Shown here: in pieces, positions 61,429-64,000 of the stretch
How the letters are laid out: each line of letters opens with the position of its first letter
Position numbering within the stretch: position 1 is the stretch's first letter
Assembly: GCA_037447115.1 (NCBI GenBank)
Contig: JBBIHH010000013.1
Span: 18,772 to 82,771 of the forward strand
DNA length: 64,000 bases
Source: Acidobacteriota bacterium
GTDB taxonomy: Bacteria > Acidobacteriota > Polarisedimenticolia > Polarisedimenticolales > JBBIHH01
Reading direction: 5' to 3'
Made by a program: the position numbers and the translations under genes
The notes under the pieces: model-generated
The model's input: the letters and a program-made list of their open reading frames with translations, nothing else
The model's database searches: none
What the model was told of the DNA's origin: nothing

Positions 61429-62415
61429 ATGAGAGCGCAGGCCGCTCGGAGTCCGTGGCGCGAGATCGCCGGCATCGTCGGCGTCGGGCTCGCGCTCGGT
61501 GTGGCCTACAACGCCCTCGGGCTCGTCGCGCAGCCCCCCTACGGCATTGCCTGGATCGCGCAGCCGCGCACGCTCGCCACGCTGGAGGGGCTCGCGCCGG
61601 CCTCCCCCGGCGAGCAGGCGACGCTTCCCGAGATTCCCGAAACACCCCAGCCCCTGCAGGTCCAGCTCCCGGCCGTCAAGCGCTGGTTCGACCAGAGCGC
61701 CGTCGTCTTCGTCGACGCGCGAGACCGGGAGTCCTACGCCGCCGGCCACATCCCCGGGGCGATCCTGATGCCCTACGAAGAGTTCGTCCCGGAGCAGGCG
61801 GAGGCTCTCGAGACCGGGGGCCGTCCCGTCGTGACCTACTGCGACGGGGGGGCGTGCGAGCTGTCGCTGAACCTGGCGTGGGATCTGCTCGCCGCGGGTC
61901 ATCGCCGCGTGCTCGTGTTCGCAGGAGGCTTTCCGGAGTGGAAGGCGGCGGGGTATCCGGTGGCGCTGGGCGAGGAGCCCTGGGGCGAAGCCCAGGAGCG
62001 GGGCGCGGTGCGCTCGGACGATCCCTTCGCGTTTTTCGGCGTGCCCGAGGGAGGCATCGAGATCCCCGAGAGCGAGCGGCCGATCGAGGCCGAGCGCGAG
62101 GTGGTGAAGCGGCTTTTCGACGGCGGAACGGCGCTGTTCCTCGACGCGCGCGAGCCGGAGGAGTTCGCGGCGGGGCACATCCCCGGGGCGCGCAACCTGC
62201 CCTCGGGGCGCTGGTCCCGCGCCTCCCTCCAGGGACTGGCCGAACCGGGCCGGGTGATCGTCGCCTACTGCGGCGGCGGCGCTTGCGAACTGTCGACGGA
62301 TCTGGCCTGGAAGCTCGTCGAGGCCGGCTATCGCCGAGTGCTGGTCTACACCGGCGGGTTTCCCGACTGGGAGCAGGCGGGCTACCCCGTCCGGCGCGGC
62401 GCGGAGGAGGGCTGA
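61429..62415 (+). CDS. Membrane-anchored tandem rhodanese-domain protein
   Basis: N-terminal TM; two copies of DAR..AGHIPGA..YCxGGACELS..GGFPxW..AGYPV. Confidence 0.9.
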   Translation: MRAQAARSPWREIAGIVGVGLALGVAYNALGLVAQPPYGIAWIAQPRTLATLEGLAPASPGEQATLPEIPETPQPLQVQLPAVKRWFDQSAVVFVDARDRESYAAGHIPGAILMPYEEFVPEQAEALETGGRPVVTYCDGGACELSLNLAWDLLAAGHRRVLVFAGGFPEWKAAGYPVALGEEPWGEAQERGAVRSDDPFAFFGVPEGGIEIPESERPIEAEREVVKRLFDGGTALFLDAREPEEFAAGHIPGARNLPSGRWSRASLQGLAEPGRVIVAYCGGGACELSTDLAWKLVEAGYRRVLVYTGGFPDWEQAGYPVRRGAEEG

Positions 62416-62927
62416 TGGCGCGCGAGGGAAGGCTCGCGCTCTGGCGCGCGCCCTGGTTCGTGCGCGCATGCCAGGTGGCTCTCGGTGCGGTGTTCGTCGC
62501 CGCCGCCCTGCCCAAGATCGGCGATCCCGCGTCCTTCGCGCGCCAGGTCCACAACTACCGGCTGCTACCTGTCGCGCTCGAGAACCTGCTCGCGATCCTG
62601 CTTCCGTGGATCGAACTCGTGGCGGGGGTGTGCCTGGTGCTCGGGCGCTACGCGAGGGGTGCGACGTGGGTCGCCGCGGCGCTGCTGGGGGTGTTTCTCG
62701 TGGCCATCGGCCAGGCGGTGGCCCGGGACCTGGACATCGAGTGCGGGTGCTTCGGGACGGCCGATGCGGCCGAGGCGGGCTGGTCCGCGCTCGGCCGCGA
62801 CGTGCTGTTCCTCCTGCTCGCCGCCGGAGCTTGGCCCAAGGCGCCTGCGGGCGAGTCCGGCGCGCCGTCGCTCGCGAGCGCGGCAGGAGAGGGAGGGGCG
62901 GCTCGCCTCACGAGGCGAGGCGGTTGA
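62415..62927 (+). CDS. MauE/DoxX-family membrane protein
   Basis: LGAVFVAAALPK, LPWIEL..G, DIECGCFG; TGATG overlap with the rhodanese gene. Confidence 0.88.
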   Translation: MAREGRLALWRAPWFVRACQVALGAVFVAAALPKIGDPASFARQVHNYRLLPVALENLLAILLPWIELVAGVCLVLGRYARGATWVAAALLGVFLVAIGQAVARDLDIECGCFGTADAAEAGWSALGRDVLFLLLAAGAWPKAPAGESGAPSLASAAGEGGAARLTRRGG

Positions 62928-63174
62928 CGGCGCGGGCGAGGCGCGACTTGGTTCGCGCCGCGGCGTTGTCGTGAATCACGCCGAGCTTGGCTGTCCGGTC
63001 GATGAGGGCGCAGGTCGGGGGCAGCAGCCGCCGCGCCGTTTCCCCATCGCCCGCCGCGATCGCCTGGCGCAGCCGCTTGAGCTGCGTGCGCAGGCGCGAG
63101 CGGTGCGCCCGGTTCCTGAGCCGGCGCTTCTCGTCGCGGCGGTGCGCCTTGATCGCCGACTTGTGGGTCGCCAT
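62908..63174 (-). CDS. rpsT: 30S ribosomal protein S20
   Basis: MATHKSAIK..RN..RT..GVIHDNAAARTKSRL. Confidence 0.96.
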   Translation of the reverse strand: MATHKSAIKAHRRDEKRRLRNRAHRSRLRTQLKRLRQAIAAGDGETARRLLPPTCALIDRTAKLGVIHDNAAARTKSRLARAVNRLAS

Positions 63175-63206
63175 CGTCTCCTCTCCCGTCCGCGCTAGGG
63201 CCCCGC

Positions 63207-63235
63207 AGGGTAGCGCGCCGGGCCGGGGGCGTCAA
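63207..63235 (-). promoter_or_regulatory. Sigma70-type promoter for rpsT
   Basis: TTGACG-17 nt-TACCCT. Confidence 0.6.
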
Positions 63236-63243
63236 CGCCCCGC

Positions 63244-64000
63244 TCAGGGTGCGAGCGCGCCGAGGCTGCGCAACTTCTCCGCGGCGAGCCGGGCCTCGTC
63301 GCTGCCGGGGTACGTGTCCAGCACATAGCGCAGCTGCACGATGCCTTCCTTGATGCGGTTCTGCTCCAGGTAGACCAGGCCCTTTTTCAAATTGGCCGCG
63401 GCCGCCCGGTCGCTCTGGGGGTAGCGCTCCAAGGTGCGGTCGAAGGCCTCGAGCGCCTGGGCGTAGTCACCCTGGCTGAAGTAGCACTCGCCGATCCAGT
63501 ACAGCGCATTGTCCGCCAGCTCGCTGTCCGGGTAGCGGGAGACGTATTCCTCGAACCCGGCGATGGCCAGCGTGTAGTTGCCCTTGGAGAAGTCGGCGTA
63601 CGCGGCGTTGTAGAGGGCCGACGGCTCCGGAGAGGCGCCGGGGCCCGGCGTTGCCTGCGGCGGGGTGCCTTCGGGGGCAGGGGCTTCCGCTCCCGGCGGC
63701 GGCACGTGCCAGCCCGCCGAGAGCTGGCGGATCCGCTCGCGGTTGGCCTCCACGCCCTCCGAGACCCGCGCCAGACGCCGCAGGGTCTCCTCGAAGCGCT
63801 CCTCGAGTCGGATCTGGCGCTGGGCGAGCTCGTTCAGGCGCAGTTGCAAATCCGCGAACTCGCTCCGCGTCACGCCCCCCTCCTCGCGGCGCAGCCGCTC
63901 CAGTTCCGCTGCGAGGCGGGCGATCTCCTCCTGCGCGCGCTGCTGCGCCTCGCGCAGCCGGCCGAGCTCGCCGCGCAGGGCCGCCACGTCCTGTTCCATC
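63244..64000 (-). CDS. cpoB: Tol-Pal protein CpoB/YbgF (5' end outside the window)
   Basis: Coiled coil followed by TPRs: LYNAAY..YPDSELADNALYWIGE..YPGSDEA. Confidence 0.9.
   Translation of the reverse strand, partial: MEQDVAALRGELGRLREAQQRAQEEIARLAAELERLRREEGGVTRSEFADLQLRLNELAQRQIRLEERFEETLRRLARVSEGVEANRERIRQLSAGWHVPPPGAEAPAPEGTPPQATPGPGASPEPSALYNAAYADFSKGNYTLAIAGFEEYVSRYPDSELADNALYWIGECYFSQGDYAQALEAFDRTLERYPQSDRAAAANLKKGLVYLEQNRIKEGIVQLRYVLDTYPGSDEARLAAEKLRSLGALAP

Overview
A very GC-rich (roughly 70-75% by eye) bacterial chromosomal segment, densely coding and mostly core genome. GWxTD-, DUF4388- and DUF4340-type proteins suggest an Acidobacteriota-like organism (inference). It carries ileS-lspA-lgt-rluA-like, iscS-like-mnmA, split glycine cleavage genes (gcvP; gcvT-gcvH), a c-di-GMP/two-component cluster around tRNA-Gly(CCC), trmH-like/tsaC/rnpB, ldcA-like-truA-galE, uppS-cdsA-dxr-rseP-xdhC, comEA plus a pilin-like gene, ccsA-like-hemA-hemC-hemD, maf, ruvX-mltG, a Gld-like ABC system, GWxTD plus a putative outer-membrane protein, tRNA-Leu(CAG), rnr, a tandem rhodanese plus a MauE/DoxX gene, rpsT and a partial cpoB. 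I saw no mobile element, prophage or CRISPR array. The strongest hidden signal is at 43995-45017. The ORF track splits it into two ORFs, but it reads as one secreted UshA/5'-nucleotidase-like protein with an in-frame TGA in a C-G-U motif (probable selenoprotein), overlapping the start of ruvX and followed by mltG. Other leads: a structured intergenic element at about 46940-47120, a sigma54 promoter before comEA, a tRNA lying antisense inside an acyltransferase ORF, and an extracytoplasmic rhodanese-DoxX pair. All calls come from reading motifs by eye; no database searches were run.
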